Under the pieces are notes generated by a model. That model searched no databases. It was not told where the DNA came from and was given only the letters and a program-made list of their open reading frames with translations. Shown piece after piece: positions 46,708 to 57,515 of a DNA stretch of 64,000 nucleotides. Source of the stretch: an uncultured delta proteobacterium (GTDB taxonomy: Bacteria > Desulfobacterota > Desulfobacteria > Desulfobacterales > B30-G6); contig CAWGLD010000001.1 in NCBI GenBank assembly GCA_963823335.1, positions 352,001-416,000 of the forward strand. Direction: 5' to 3'. A program made the translations under genes and the position numbers. Positions within the stretch are counted from its first letter, which is position 1, and each line of letters starts with the position of its first letter.

Positions 46708-49002
46708 ATGAAGCGTTGGAAAATCACGGGAATAATTGCAGGCTTTGTCATTGTCGCCCTGATTCCGCTCTATGCCATGAGGTCGAAAGATTTCAAGGAA
46801 CGGGCGGCTGTGGCATCAGCGGGTGCCGCTTTCGTCGGTAGCGAGGAATGTAAGGATTGTCACCGCCCGGAATATGATAAATGGCGGACTTCTCACCACC
46901 GCATGGCCATGGCAGTGGCCTCCCAGGAGACGGTTCTGGGTGATTTCGATAACGCGGTGTTTGAGTATTTTGGCACAAAATCAGTTTTTTACCGGAAAGG
47001 CAGTCGTTTTTTTGTAAGAACCCAGGGCCCGGGCGGTGACATGGGAGACTTTGAAATCACCCATACTTTTGGCTGGTTTCCCCTGCAGCAGTACCTGGTG
47101 CCATTTCCGGGGGGCAGGATGCAGTGTCTGCCGATAGCCTGGGATGATATAAAAAAACAGTGGTATCACCTTTCCCCGGATCAACAGATCGAGCCGACCG
47201 ACTGGTTGTACTGGACCCGTAACGCACAGAACTGGAACGGTATGTGTGCTGAATGCCATTCAACCAATCTCGTAAAAGGCTACGATATGGTATCGGATAC
47301 CTATCAAACGAGCTGGTCGGAGATCAGTATCGGGTGCGAAGCATGTCACGGACCCGGGTCCCAGCATGTGGCCTGGGCAACGATGCCGGATATGGGCCGG
47401 CCCCGGGAAGAAAACTTTGCACTGACGGTCAAGACAAACGGGCTCAGCGCAAGACAGCAGATCGAGCTCTGTGCCCCGTGTCATTCCCGTAGAAGCTCGA
47501 TGAGTGATAATCCGCACCGCCTGGCCGATTTTATGGATTACGGGATTCCCAGGCTGCTCGCGGAAGGGCTTTATTTTGCCGACGGACAGATACTCGACGA
47601 AGTATATGTTTACGGCTCCTTTATGCAGAGTAAGATGTACGCCAGGGATGTCCGCTGCAGTGACTGCCATGATGTCCACAGCATACGCCGCATCAAGGAT
47701 GGCAATGCTTTATGTCTGCAATGTCACAAAGCAGCAGTATACGACAGTAAAGATCACCATTTTCACAAGAAACGGGGGGAAAAGGGTGATGCAATCAGGG
47801 ATGCAGACGGAGAAATTCTGTTTGATGTCGGGTCCGGTGCTCAGTGCGAACAGTGCCACATGCCCGGACGCCACTATATGGGGATCGATTATCGGCCAGA
47901 CCATAGTTTTCGCATCCCGCGTCCGGACCTGAGTACGCATCTTGGGACACCCAATGCCTGTAACCGCTGCCACCACGACAAGAGCAATGAGTGGTCTCAG
48001 GAGTATATGGTACGTTGGTACGGCACCAAACAGCGACCCCATTATGGAAGCATCCTTGCCGCCGGACGGGAGCATCAACCCGATGCTCTTGACAGACTTG
48101 TCAATTTGGCAGGGGATCGGTTGTACCCGGCAATTGCAAGGGCTACTGCCCTGGAGCAGCTTGCCGCCTACGAAGATCAGAAAAGCCGTCTTGCCTTCAT
48201 CCGGGCACTGACCGATGAAGAAGCCATCATGCGCCAGACAGCCGTAAGGAGGCTGAGCGAGCCGGACCCGTTGAAAATGCTCAGTCTCCTGTCGCCACTT
48301 CTTTATGATCCCGTGAAAGCCGTGCGTATTGAAGCCGCCCAGGGATTGACGATTTTACCCTCTGAGATGATTACCGGCGACCTCAGGGAAAGATTCAAGG
48401 GGGTTCTCGCTGAATATCGGAAAGCTGCGGAACATACCGGGGATTTTGCCGCCTCTCGCCATAACCTTGGGAACATGTATGCCAATCTCGGCCAAACTGA
48501 ACTGGCGGTGACACATTACAGCAAGGCCATCGAGATTGACGATCTGTTCTATCCGGCCAAGGTCAACCTGGCCGGGGTGTACAACCGTATCGGCCGGAAC
48601 AGCGATGCGGAAGTGTTGCTGCGGGCGGTTGTCAAACAGCATCCGGATTTATCTCAGATCAAATACTCACTGGCCCTCCTGCTGGCCGAGGAAAAAAAAT
48701 ATGAGGATGCTGAAGTGTACTTGAAAGCGGCGGTCTCGGAAATGCCGCAGCACGCAAGGGCCCGCTATAACCTGGGGCTGTTGCAACAACAGCTGGGCCG
48801 GGACAGCTTGGCCGAAATATCTCTGATGAGTGCCGTCAAGATAGAGCCGGACAACATCGATTACCTCTATGCCCTGGCTGATTTCTACCTGAAACGGGGA
48901 CGCTGGGAGCCTGCCCGCAAGGTTGCCCAGGAGATGATTGCCCGGCACCCGGATCAAAAAGTCGGCCACGATATCGTGGAGTTTGTCAGGAGACAGAAAT
49001 GA
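46708..49002 (+). CDS. Multiheme cytochrome c (8 CxxCH) with HEAT and TPR repeats
   Basis: CKDCH, CAECH, CEACH, CAPCH, CSDCH, CLQCH, CEQCH, CNRCH; C-terminal TPR pattern. Confidence 0.9.
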   Translation: MKRWKITGIIAGFVIVALIPLYAMRSKDFKERAAVASAGAAFVGSEECKDCHRPEYDKWRTSHHRMAMAVASQETVLGDFDNAVFEYFGTKSVFYRKGSRFFVRTQGPGGDMGDFEITHTFGWFPLQQYLVPFPGGRMQCLPIAWDDIKKQWYHLSPDQQIEPTDWLYWTRNAQNWNGMCAECHSTNLVKGYDMVSDTYQTSWSEISIGCEACHGPGSQHVAWATMPDMGRPREENFALTVKTNGLSARQQIELCAPCHSRRSSMSDNPHRLADFMDYGIPRLLAEGLYFADGQILDEVYVYGSFMQSKMYARDVRCSDCHDVHSIRRIKDGNALCLQCHKAAVYDSKDHHFHKKRGEKGDAIRDADGEILFDVGSGAQCEQCHMPGRHYMGIDYRPDHSFRIPRPDLSTHLGTPNACNRCHHDKSNEWSQEYMVRWYGTKQRPHYGSILAAGREHQPDALDRLVNLAGDRLYPAIARATALEQLAAYEDQKSRLAFIRALTDEEAIMRQTAVRRLSEPDPLKMLSLLSPLLYDPVKAVRIEAAQGLTILPSEMITGDLRERFKGVLAEYRKAAEHTGDFAASRHNLGNMYANLGQTELAVTHYSKAIEIDDLFYPAKVNLAGVYNRIGRNSDAEVLLRAVVKQHPDLSQIKYSLALLLAEEKKYEDAEVYLKAAVSEMPQHARARYNLGLLQQQLGRDSLAEISLMSAVKIEPDNIDYLYALADFYLKRGRWEPARKVAQEMIARHPDQKVGHDIVEFVRRQK

Positions 49003-49247
49003 ACGGAAAAAACAAAAAAGCAGCACAGAACCGGGCAGCAGCCACATGTCGTACCGGCGGGTGGATCGCCGGCATGATCCTTTTGACCTTGGTTGTAACG
49101 ATGGATTGCCGGATCTGGGAAAATAACGCAGCGGCGGCAGAGCCAGACCCATCCAAACTGATTGGCCGGTGGTTGCGGCCCGATGGCGGATATTTACTGG
49201 AGCTGAGCGATCCCACCTCAGACGGCCACTTAAAAGCCGTCTATTTT
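48999..49247 (+). pseudogene. Truncated exported protein (GRWLRPDGGY motif)
   Basis: ATGA-coupled to the cytochrome gene; plausible protein up to ..LKAVYF, then AT-rich unrelated sequence. Confidence 0.5.
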
Positions 49248-49409
49248 TATCTTGGTCAATTTTATATCGGACGGATGCATTATGATATCCTCTCTTTATT
49301 ATTTCATTGTCACAAATTACCTGTTGTTAATTCATATTGGAAAATGCACGCGGCCGCCGAAGCCCGGCACCACATAAGTAGGCCGGGCTTCAGGGATTCG
49401 ATAAAATCG

Positions 49410-49561
49410 GGTTCGGCAGTTTGGGGCTGGCTGTGCTCGGGATACTTCCCGGCGAGTGCGGATTCGTCCTTAACATCTACGGGTGTGGCGGCGAAGTCGT
49501 GCACCCAGATGGTGTTGGGCCGCGGGAGTTTTCCGACCGCGGCTTCGTCACGGCTGGTAAC
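49410..49561 (-). pseudogene. Internal fragment resembling DUF4410 lipoproteins
   Basis: Minus-strand frame VTSRDEAAVGKLPRPNTIWVHDFAATPVDV...EHSQPQTAE with no start; family call from memory. Confidence 0.4.
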
Positions 49562-49562
49562 T

Positions 49563-49695
49563 ACAGAGTGGCGTCAAATCCTACCGGAAAACCCCTATAA
49601 AATTGCCCTGGATATGGGTTTCAGCGAGGTTGCCACCGAACCGTTTGTGCGCAGCTCCTATCGGGCCAAGGAACTATTTAAGGGAACGTTTTAAG
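49563..49695 (+). pseudogene. Mosaic relic of gcvT-SHMT pieces and the lipA 3' end
   Basis: 15/16 match to 37861-37876, 27/27 match to 38318-38344, 85/97 match to 44354-44450. Confidence 0.85.
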
Positions 49696-49742
49696 ACCTC
49701 TCAACCGGAAAATCCTGCCTGCCCTAATATCTTGCGGTCTGC

Positions 49743-51885
49743 CTATTCTTCGGCGGGAGTTTTTAGTCCCAAATGACCGATGCTCTGGAAGTCACAAGGA
49801 TGATCTGTATTCGAGCCCAGATGGACAAACGGAGCCAGCAGCCCGAAGGGGCCGACCACAAGGGTGCTGAGCAAGGTTGCGCCTTTGGTTAGCAAAGCAG
49901 TTTTGTCGGGGCTCACCTTGGGATCCATTATTGCGCCATTAACACGCAGATTGGTGGAAAAGCTCAAGGTGGGATGGGCGGGTTTTGGCACAAGTAAAAA
50001 ATTTATCTGTTCGGTGTCCAGGTTGATATCGCCTTCACCCGTCAGAATGCCGGCCCGGGTATTGAAAACAAAAGCCTGGCTGGTGGCAACCCCGTTCTTG
50101 ATGTCGAACTGAACAACGGCACATTTAATCTGATTTGCTTCCTTATGGCTTCCCCAGAAATTTAAGACCTTTTGGGAGAGATCCATAGAGAGCCAGTCAA
50201 GATATTTAGTCAGGAACCCCTGCCCCATCACGATACCGATGCCGCCATCAAGATTTGCCATGAGGCTGTGAACAGAATCACCAGCGCTATCCAGATGCGC
50301 TGCGATGTCAACAGTCGCCTGAACGTGATCGTTCCGGCCGGTGTCCTTGAGAAAACTGCCCAGATCGAAATTTTGAACCAGGAATTTGGTGGTGACCCGG
50401 GTCGGTGACCCATGGTTGGCATGAAGGTCTCCTGAAAGCTTTGTTTGCTTATATGTCGCTTCAAACGTCTCAATGTTGAAATCACCGTCCTCGAGTGTAA
50501 CCGTCATGTTGCCGGACTTGAAGTGTGCGTCTTTGGCATGGATGTTCTTGGCTGTTACCACGATATCGGCATCCACCTTTTTGAGCGCCTCTAAAGGCAG
50601 GGGATCATCCGAAAACAGGCGACGTTTTTTCTGATCCGTATTGGCTGTCGTTTCTTTGCCCTGCTCTAAACTTTTCATTAGCGTTGTAAAATCGATCACC
50701 GACGATTCCAGGCGGATGGTGATTTTGGGACGTTCGAGAAACTCAAGTTTGGCCAGACCGGCAAAATCGCTATTGTCTACCGTTGCTGAAACCGCGTTCA
50801 GCAAAATGGTTTTTGTCGAACCCGCAAACTTGCCGCTTATGTCAAAGGGACCCAACCCGGGCAGTTTTGTCCCGAACAGCGGCCCGATTTCGGCCAGTTC
50901 CTCGCCCTTTAGCTGTGACTGCAGGTCCATGCCCTTTAAGGTGAGCAGGTCCTCGACCACACCGTTTACAGCAAAGCGCAGTTCACCGCGTCGTGCGCTG
51001 CCCCTGGCATTCTTCATGCTGAGCACTGCGCTGGAACCACTCAGGTGCCCTTGAATCTCGAATTGATCGGTTGCAGGAAGCTGAATATCCCAAAAAGACC
51101 CGAGGGTCGCAATATTTTTACCATTCAGCTGGGCTGTCACATCGATACCCTGAAGGGTCAGAATATCGTCAATCGCGCCATCAATGTTGATTGCGGTCTT
51201 GGCCAAGGTTCCCGACAACGCTTAGCGGAAAGCGCTGGTGCGCAAATATATTCCGAATGAAGCCGGTTTTACCGGATAACGTGATGGCTTGTCCGTTAAA
51301 GTCAGCCTTGAGTTTAAGCACCAGCCCATCTTCATTCTCATGCCGGTTCATCTCCAGGTTCGCCAGTGTGAACTGGGTTGGAGCCCCTGTCCTATTTTCA
51401 CGATATGTCAGATGCAGGTTCTCGATATTGACCTGGCTTACTCCTATGGCTGCTGGTTTAAATACCCCCATGCGGCCGGTGGAGCCGCTCCCCGCCAGAA
51501 TATCCCAATTTCCCTGGTCTTTGGGACCGGTCTCAAGCAACACCTTGACACCGATAAGACGGAAATACAGTATATCCAAATTCTTAACCAACAACGGCAG
51601 CAGCCGCACCCGCGCCTGCACCTTATCGATTTCGATCATTTGCGGTTGCGAGCCCCAGGAGACGTTGGCAAGCGCCACATCCGTCACCACCAGGGCCGGC
51701 GCAAGTCCGATTTCCAGGGTTACGTCGCCGCCCAGAATTAGTTTGCGGCCTGTTGCATCTTCAACCATTCTAGCAACCAACGGTTTTAGTTTGTTGTAGT
51801 CATAGGTGTTCAGGTAGGCATAGGCGGCCGTTATCAAAATAGCGACCACCAGAACACCGATTGCCAAAATCCATTTCCAACGCAT
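49743..51885 (-). CDS. AsmA family protein (frameshift near 51220)
   Basis: YDYNKLKP...EDATGRKL...G N-terminus and C-terminal AsmA_2-like region, split into ORFs 51181-51915 and 49743-51218. Confidence 0.8.
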
Positions 51886-51920
51886 GAAATTCCTTTCACT
51901 CATCCAAAAGGACAACGTAA

Positions 51921-52976
51921 CTATTTATCCCTATCGTGAGATTCAGGTCCAAACTGGCGTGCTGAAAGAATTGGAAAGACACGCACGACCGGCTGGTCGC
52001 CGCGTGCCTTGTGTATGGCGCTTATGAGGTTCTCTTCGAACCCGGGAGGCAGACTCTTCTCGCTCATCAGAATTATGGTAATGCCGGCTTCGGGCTCCAC
52101 GCTGTTTCGTCCCTGGGTAATCAGCTCTACCCCCGGCCATTTGTCGATATATTGCTGCACGGCCTTCCGTACTTGTGGCGCCACCTGATATTCCAATGGC
52201 CGATTCTGGCCGGTACGTCTCCCTTCGATCATGTGAATCACCAGCGGAGCAGTTAAAAAGGCTACCGCGACAAACAGCAATATCGTGACCCTACGCACCC
52301 AAACCGGCATGCCAAAACCATGCAGGGACGTATGCACTTTTAACATTCGGAACACGATGGCAGCACCGAGTATGATAGCGACAAGGTTGGTGATCAGCAA
52401 GATTGAGGCATTAAGGGAGATCAAGGGTTGTCCATGCGTTAGCGCAAGGCCCACAACAGCAAGCGGAGGAACAAGTGCCGCTGCGATGGCAACACCTGCG
52501 AGGGTTGTCATTACATTGAATCTTCCCACAGCATAAGCCGCCGTCATACCGGAAAAGAGTGCTATACCTAGGTCCAGCAAATCAGGCTTGCCACGGGCTT
52601 CGATTTCAAGGGTTGGTTCGAACCCAGGGTATAGCGCTCCAAAAAACAATGAAGCTGTAAAACCTATCCCGAGACCGATAACGGTCGTTACCAGGCTCCT
52701 TCTGAACATGCTCAAATTCCCTTGAACAAGCGCATGACCTGCAGCAACAAGGGGTCCCATTAGCGGTGCTACGAGCATCGCACCGATAACTACGGCAGTT
52801 GAGTCCGCCAGCAATCCCAATGATGCCAGTGAAGTGGATAACACCATCATCATGATGAAGTCTATGTTTGCCTGTGAGTTTTCCTCGAGCTTTTGGACAA
52901 GAGCGAGTCTTTCATCGCGCTCCAAAAATGGAAAAACGTTACGGAGTTTGTTTAACTCTATCTTGCCGAAAGACAT
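51921..52976 (-). CDS. DUF389 membrane protein
   Basis: DSTAVVIGAMLVAPLMGP, GVAIAAALVPPL. Confidence 0.9.
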   Translation of the reverse strand: MSFGKIELNKLRNVFPFLERDERLALVQKLEENSQANIDFIMMMVLSTSLASLGLLADSTAVVIGAMLVAPLMGPLVAAGHALVQGNLSMFRRSLVTTVIGLGIGFTASLFFGALYPGFEPTLEIEARGKPDLLDLGIALFSGMTAAYAVGRFNVMTTLAGVAIAAALVPPLAVVGLALTHGQPLISLNASILLITNLVAIILGAAIVFRMLKVHTSLHGFGMPVWVRRVTILLFVAVAFLTAPLVIHMIEGRRTGQNRPLEYQVAPQVRKAVQQYIDKWPGVELITQGRNSVEPEAGITIILMSEKSLPPGFEENLISAIHKARGDQPVVRVFPILSARQFGPESHDRDK

Positions 52977-53008
52977 TTTTTCCACCTCCAAAAACAGTTT
53001 ATCCTATG

Positions 53009-53038
53009 CTTAAAATTTGAAACGCTCATCTTAGGTTA
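53009..53038. repeat. 30-bp inverted repeat, left copy
   Basis: CTTAAAATTTGAAACGCTCATCTTAGGTTA is the exact reverse complement of 54135-54164. Confidence 0.85.
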
Positions 53039-53084
53039 CTATCGAAAATGAACCTGAGCACAGAAAACCAAAACCCAACCCTGA

Positions 53085-53495
53085 TCACTTTTTATTAATG
53101 AAAGCGAACACATCTGTAAAGCCTAAGATATCCGTAACCACCAGAACAATAATGATAACCACTGCGGCACCTACGACGATCCCTACGACACCGCCACCTG
53201 CAGGAGCCGTTTCTATCTGATCGGCCAGACTTACTATTTCCGAATCGGTTAAATTGTCGAGGCGCGCCTTTGCCTCTGTGATATCGATTCCCTGGGATAT
53301 TAGAGAAGCCATTACATCCTCACGTGCCAAAACACTATGGACGTACACACGGGCTTCAAGTGCTCTGCCAGCCTCTATGACTGTCTCTGTTGCAACCATT
53401 TTTGCCAGGACGGTCTGACAAGGTGTAAAAACCGTTATCATGAGAATTGCCAGAAAAAGACTGCCCGGTTTTACTATTCTTCTTATTCTTTTCAT
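53085..53495 (-). CDS. PA2779-family small exported protein
   Basis: AxMVATE...REDV...G....AKARLDNLTDSE....PAGG...TDILGFTDVF. Confidence 0.75.
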   Translation of the reverse strand: MKRIRRIVKPGSLFLAILMITVFTPCQTVLAKMVATETVIEAGRALEARVYVHSVLAREDVMASLISQGIDITEAKARLDNLTDSEIVSLADQIETAPAGGGVVGIVVGAAVVIIIVLVVTDILGFTDVFAFINKK

Positions 53496-53609
53496 TATTC
53501 GTCTCCTTTTTATAAATAGTTTGATGGAATCGAAAATAGTCAAACCTCTCTAACGCCAACTTGATATTGATGAAAAAGAGGTTGAGAGTTCATCTGGGTC
53601 TGCATTACC

Positions 53610-54098
53610 TCAATCCTTAATGGGGATACCCTGAAAAACAAAAGAGTAGCTAATTCCACTACCCCCATATCCGATGACTATTTCTGCAAGAGGTACATTC
53701 ACCTCTTGAATCGCCTTCCATTTTAAAATATAACAACCGGCCATGCTTGAGGAATCCAAATCTTTACCTTCTACTCTAAAGGTGTGGGATGACAAGGCAT
53801 TTAGTACCACAGGCTCTTTTAGCAAATGCCATTGGGCAGAACCCGTATTGTCATGGTAGACAATCGATTCCACGGTGATTGGATGTAGTAAATCAAGGTT
53901 GCGCACTGTAAGAATATTGGTCAGATAAAATTTTATTTTTTTTTCATCTGCGGACATTATTTTTGGATATACTGATATGTATAAAGTTTCTCCGACAGAC
54001 CGCCGGGGCTCTGCCAATGTCTGCGTTACGAATGAAAAGCACAGAATAAATGACATGAGTATCGTCATACTAATTATTTTAAATTTACTGATTTCCAT
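53610..54098 (-). CDS. DUF3124-like exported protein
   Basis: GETLYISVY, LTVRN, YHDNTG, W...VNVP pattern. Confidence 0.7.
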   Translation of the reverse strand: MEISKFKIISMTILMSFILCFSFVTQTLAEPRRSVGETLYISVYPKIMSADEKKIKFYLTNILTVRNLDLLHPITVESIVYHDNTGSAQWHLLKEPVVLNALSSHTFRVEGKDLDSSSMAGCYILKWKAIQEVNVPLAEIVIGYGGSGISYSFVFQGIPIKD

Positions 54099-54134
54099 TT
54101 TTCCTCCGCACCATCATTTAAAGTTAAGACTCCA

Positions 54135-54164
54135 TAACCTAAGATGAGCGTTTCAAATTTTAAG
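54135..54164. repeat. 30-bp inverted repeat, right copy
   Basis: TAACCTAAGATGAGCGTTTCAAATTTTAAG. Confidence 0.85.
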
Positions 54165-54274
54165 AATATGGGATTCAAAAATAATTTCAAAGGATTTGAT
54201 TCGTTTGAATTTTTAAAATTTGAAACCCGTTGGTATTGCCTGTCTTACTGCATCTACAGCGTCAGATTCCTATC

Positions 54275-56681
54275 TTAGTCATCGTCCGGAGACCTTTTAA
54301 AGGCCGGCTCTTTGGCGTCCATATAACTGATATGAATCTTCTCGATCGTGCCGTTAAATTCGAACGGTGCGCGATCAAAATAGTCCAGCGCTACCGGTGA
54401 GCCCAGGTCCTTGCCCACATCAAAAGTCTCAGAAGCTGTGTGGAGCGCGGGTACTGATCTCTCAACTCTTCCCTGAGCTACCTGTTCACCGTTGACGGAT
54501 AAAGTAACGGTCGCCGGAGCCATACGCTCAGTGGTGTCGTACCTGGTTTCCACTTCGATCCGGACCTTTCCAGTGGCAATAGGTGAACTGGATGCGATCT
54601 TGAAGCGGTTGAGCGTCATGGCATTGTATTCAGCTTTGAGATATCCCCCGTCCATGTAAACGGTGAAACCTGAAGAAATTCCCCCAACAGCAAATAGTAC
54701 TCCGTTGGCCTTTTTACCGATTTCAGCATCGATCACGGCGAGCGTGGAACGACCGCTCACGAATTTCGGGGCCAGAGATTCCGGGATCCGGTCCTGCCCT
54801 TCGTAAAACGACCACTGAGTCAGCGATGAAGAAGGCATCTCACTGGGATGGTAAAAAGCCGTGTAGTAGGACCCCCCAATCGGGTATACAAGGTTTGCCG
54901 TCGCCTCCTGGTCGAATAAGTCCTTCAATTCAGCCAGCTTGGCCGGGTTCTCCTGAGCCAGATCTTTAGCCTGGGAATAGTCGTCGCCGAGGTTGTACAG
55001 CTCCCAAACATCCTTTTCCGGCTCCCAATTCAGCAAGCCGGAAACATCCGTGCTCCAGGGCACCCTGGGGCCAACGGTTCCGGCGAACCAGCCATCGTAA
55101 TAAATGCCACGGCTGCCCATCAGCTCAAAATACTGCAATTTTTTGGTGGTGCTGGCTTCGGGCTGACTGAAGCTGTAGACCATGGAAGCTCCGTCCAGCG
55201 GCTGCTGCGCTACACCGTTCACCACCTCAGGCGGGGTGATCTCCAGGATGTCGTAGATCGTCGCGGCGATATCGTTGACATGATGAAACTGAGCGCGGAC
55301 CTTGCCGTCGGGGTTTATTTTTGCGGGCCATGAGATGACCAGTGGTGTACGGGTACCGCCCATGTAGGCGGCCAGCAGTTTTACACCCTGGAAAGGTGCT
55401 GCTCCTGCAAAGCCCCAACCACCGTGATAGATGACGTCGAGAGTCGGTCCACCCAGCGCGTCCATACCGCCGTATTCGTTGTTAAGGACGTCAATCTGCT
55501 GTTCGATGGTCGAGGGCATCGCATTCTGGGAAAGTAGTTCAGAAATGCTGCCGTTCGTGCCTTCAGCGGTGGGACCATTGTCTGAGAACACATAGAGAAT
55601 CAGGGTGTTGTCCAGCAGACCCTGTTGCTCGAGCTCATCGACGACTTTGCCGTACTGCACGTCAGTGTGCTCAAGGAAACCGGCATATATTTCCATCAGT
55701 CGGGTTTGAAATTCCCGCTGTGAGGCCGGAACGTCATCCCATTTCTGCACACCGTCCGGCAGCGGATTGAGTATGGCATCCTGTGGAATCCATCCCATGG
55801 CCTTCTGCTGTTCAAAAGTCAGTTCACGCAGGGCCTCCCAGCCTTCGTCGAACCGGCCGGCATATTTGTCCGCCCACTCCTTGAAGATATGGTGTGGCCC
55901 ATGCACTGCACCCGGTGTGAAATAGATCAGAAACGGGGTGTCAGGGTCCAGAGTTCTGCTGGTTCGAATCCACTCAATGGCTTTCTCTGCCATATCCTCG
56001 GTCAGGTGATAGGTGGGGTCGTCGTGAGGGGCGGAGATGGGATTGGTGTTCTCAAACAGTACTGGTTCGTACTGAGAGGTTTCGCCGGCAATAAACCCGT
56101 AAAAGTAATCAAATCCCAGGCCCGTGGGATAGCGGTCGAACGGGCCGAGTGTGGTGAGGTTGGTGACTGGCGTATTGTGCCATTTGCCGAATGCGGCGGT
56201 GTTATAGCCGTAGTCCGACAGCACCTGAGGAAAAGTGGCAGTCGATTTAGGAATTTTACCGACATATCCGTCCCAGTCGGAAGCCAGTTCAGCAATCTGC
56301 CCTGCGCCTACCCGGTGGTGATTGCGACCGGTCAGCAAACTGGCGCGCGTGGCCGAGCACTGCGCGGTTGTATGAAAGGCGTTGTAACTGATCCCGGACG
56401 CCGCCAGACGATCCAGCGTTGGCGTCTGAACAGGGCCACCGAACGTGCTGGCATTGGCGAAGCCGGCATCGTCACTCATGAAAATGACAATGTTTGGCGC
56501 ATCCTCAGGCAAGTGACGCTCAGCCTTACGCCACTGGTGCTTGGAACTCGCCAGGGTTTTGCCGGCCACGCTGGCTGAGGGAGGTTCTGGGAAAGGGCAG
56601 AACTTCCTGGGCACTGACCATGCCTGCATAAAAAAACAGCGATACGGCCGCAATTAGGCAAATTAAATAGTGTCTTTTCAT
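54275..56681 (-). CDS. Arylsulfatase (Cys-type); frameshift near 56590 after the signal peptide
   Basis: PNIVIFMSDD, CSATRASLLTGR, GKWH, SDNG; true start MKRHYL at 56681 lies in another frame. Confidence 0.9.
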
Positions 56682-56761
56682 TGGTTTTCTCCTTGATTGA
56701 TTGGGCCGGTTATTTTTTGTTCTGTTTTGAAAACTGCATGGTTCCTGAATCGTATTTAAGG

Positions 56762-57473
56762 TCAATGGTGAGATCGCCGTCTTTGAAAAAGTAAATTGCC
56801 GGCAGTGAGTCCACGGACAAACGCATCCTCCAATGTATCTTCAGGGCAGGCAACCATGGTTGAGTGGGTGATCTCTATGGAAAGACGTTTCTCCTTTGTG
56901 AAAGCGGCATAGGTGCCGCCTTTCTGATTGCAATCGGCCTTCACATTAAGCGTGCCGTCTTCCCCAAACTGCACGGTGTAGTTTTCTGGATCGGCGGGCA
57001 CGATCTTTTGATCGTCATTGTAAAGCGTCTGTTTCCACTGCCAGACCGAACCCGCAAGCCCCTGAATTTCCTCTTTCTGTAAACCGGGCCAGAACGTCGC
57101 TGCCATCAAGTAATAGCAACGCTCCGTCCTGGATTTTCCATGTGCGGGTTTTGTCCAAGGATTGGAAGATTTCTGTTTCCAGACGCGTTTGAAGATCCGG
57201 GCAGGCCATCCGGGTTGAACCGAACGGGCCGAACGTCAGTGAAACCCCATCGATTTCATAGCTGCCGAAAAAATTGTTGCACCCGCTAAACCCTGTCACC
57301 TGTTTCTTGACTGCGTCAAATTTGAGAAAAGGCCCTTGTTCACCGGCCAGCGCTGAAACCGGGTTTCCGCTCACCTCCGCCAGCTGCCATTGAATGCCTT
57401 CAATACCCGCAGCATCCGGTGTTGCGACACCTGCCGCCGTCTGGTTAAATGAAACCAAACAGGCTGACAACAT
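56762..57473 (-). CDS. Tandem META domain protein (frameshifted; 3' end uncertain)
   Basis: WQL...GFSGCNNFFGSY...STRMAC and second WQW...ADCN...STMVAC domain in a different frame. Confidence 0.7.
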
Positions 57474-57515
57474 TATCGCCCATGCGAAAACAGCGGCTTT
57501 TTGTTTGATCTCTCC

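Noticed and set aside
48999-49694. 231-aa ORF as a genuine gene
   Set aside because: It is a chimera of unrelated fragments ending in a copied lipA tail.
44354-49695. Classical integrase-driven island with attL/attR in lipA
   Set aside because: No integrase in the window, and the right-hand repeat is fused to SHMT-derived pieces, which fits duplication and deletion better.
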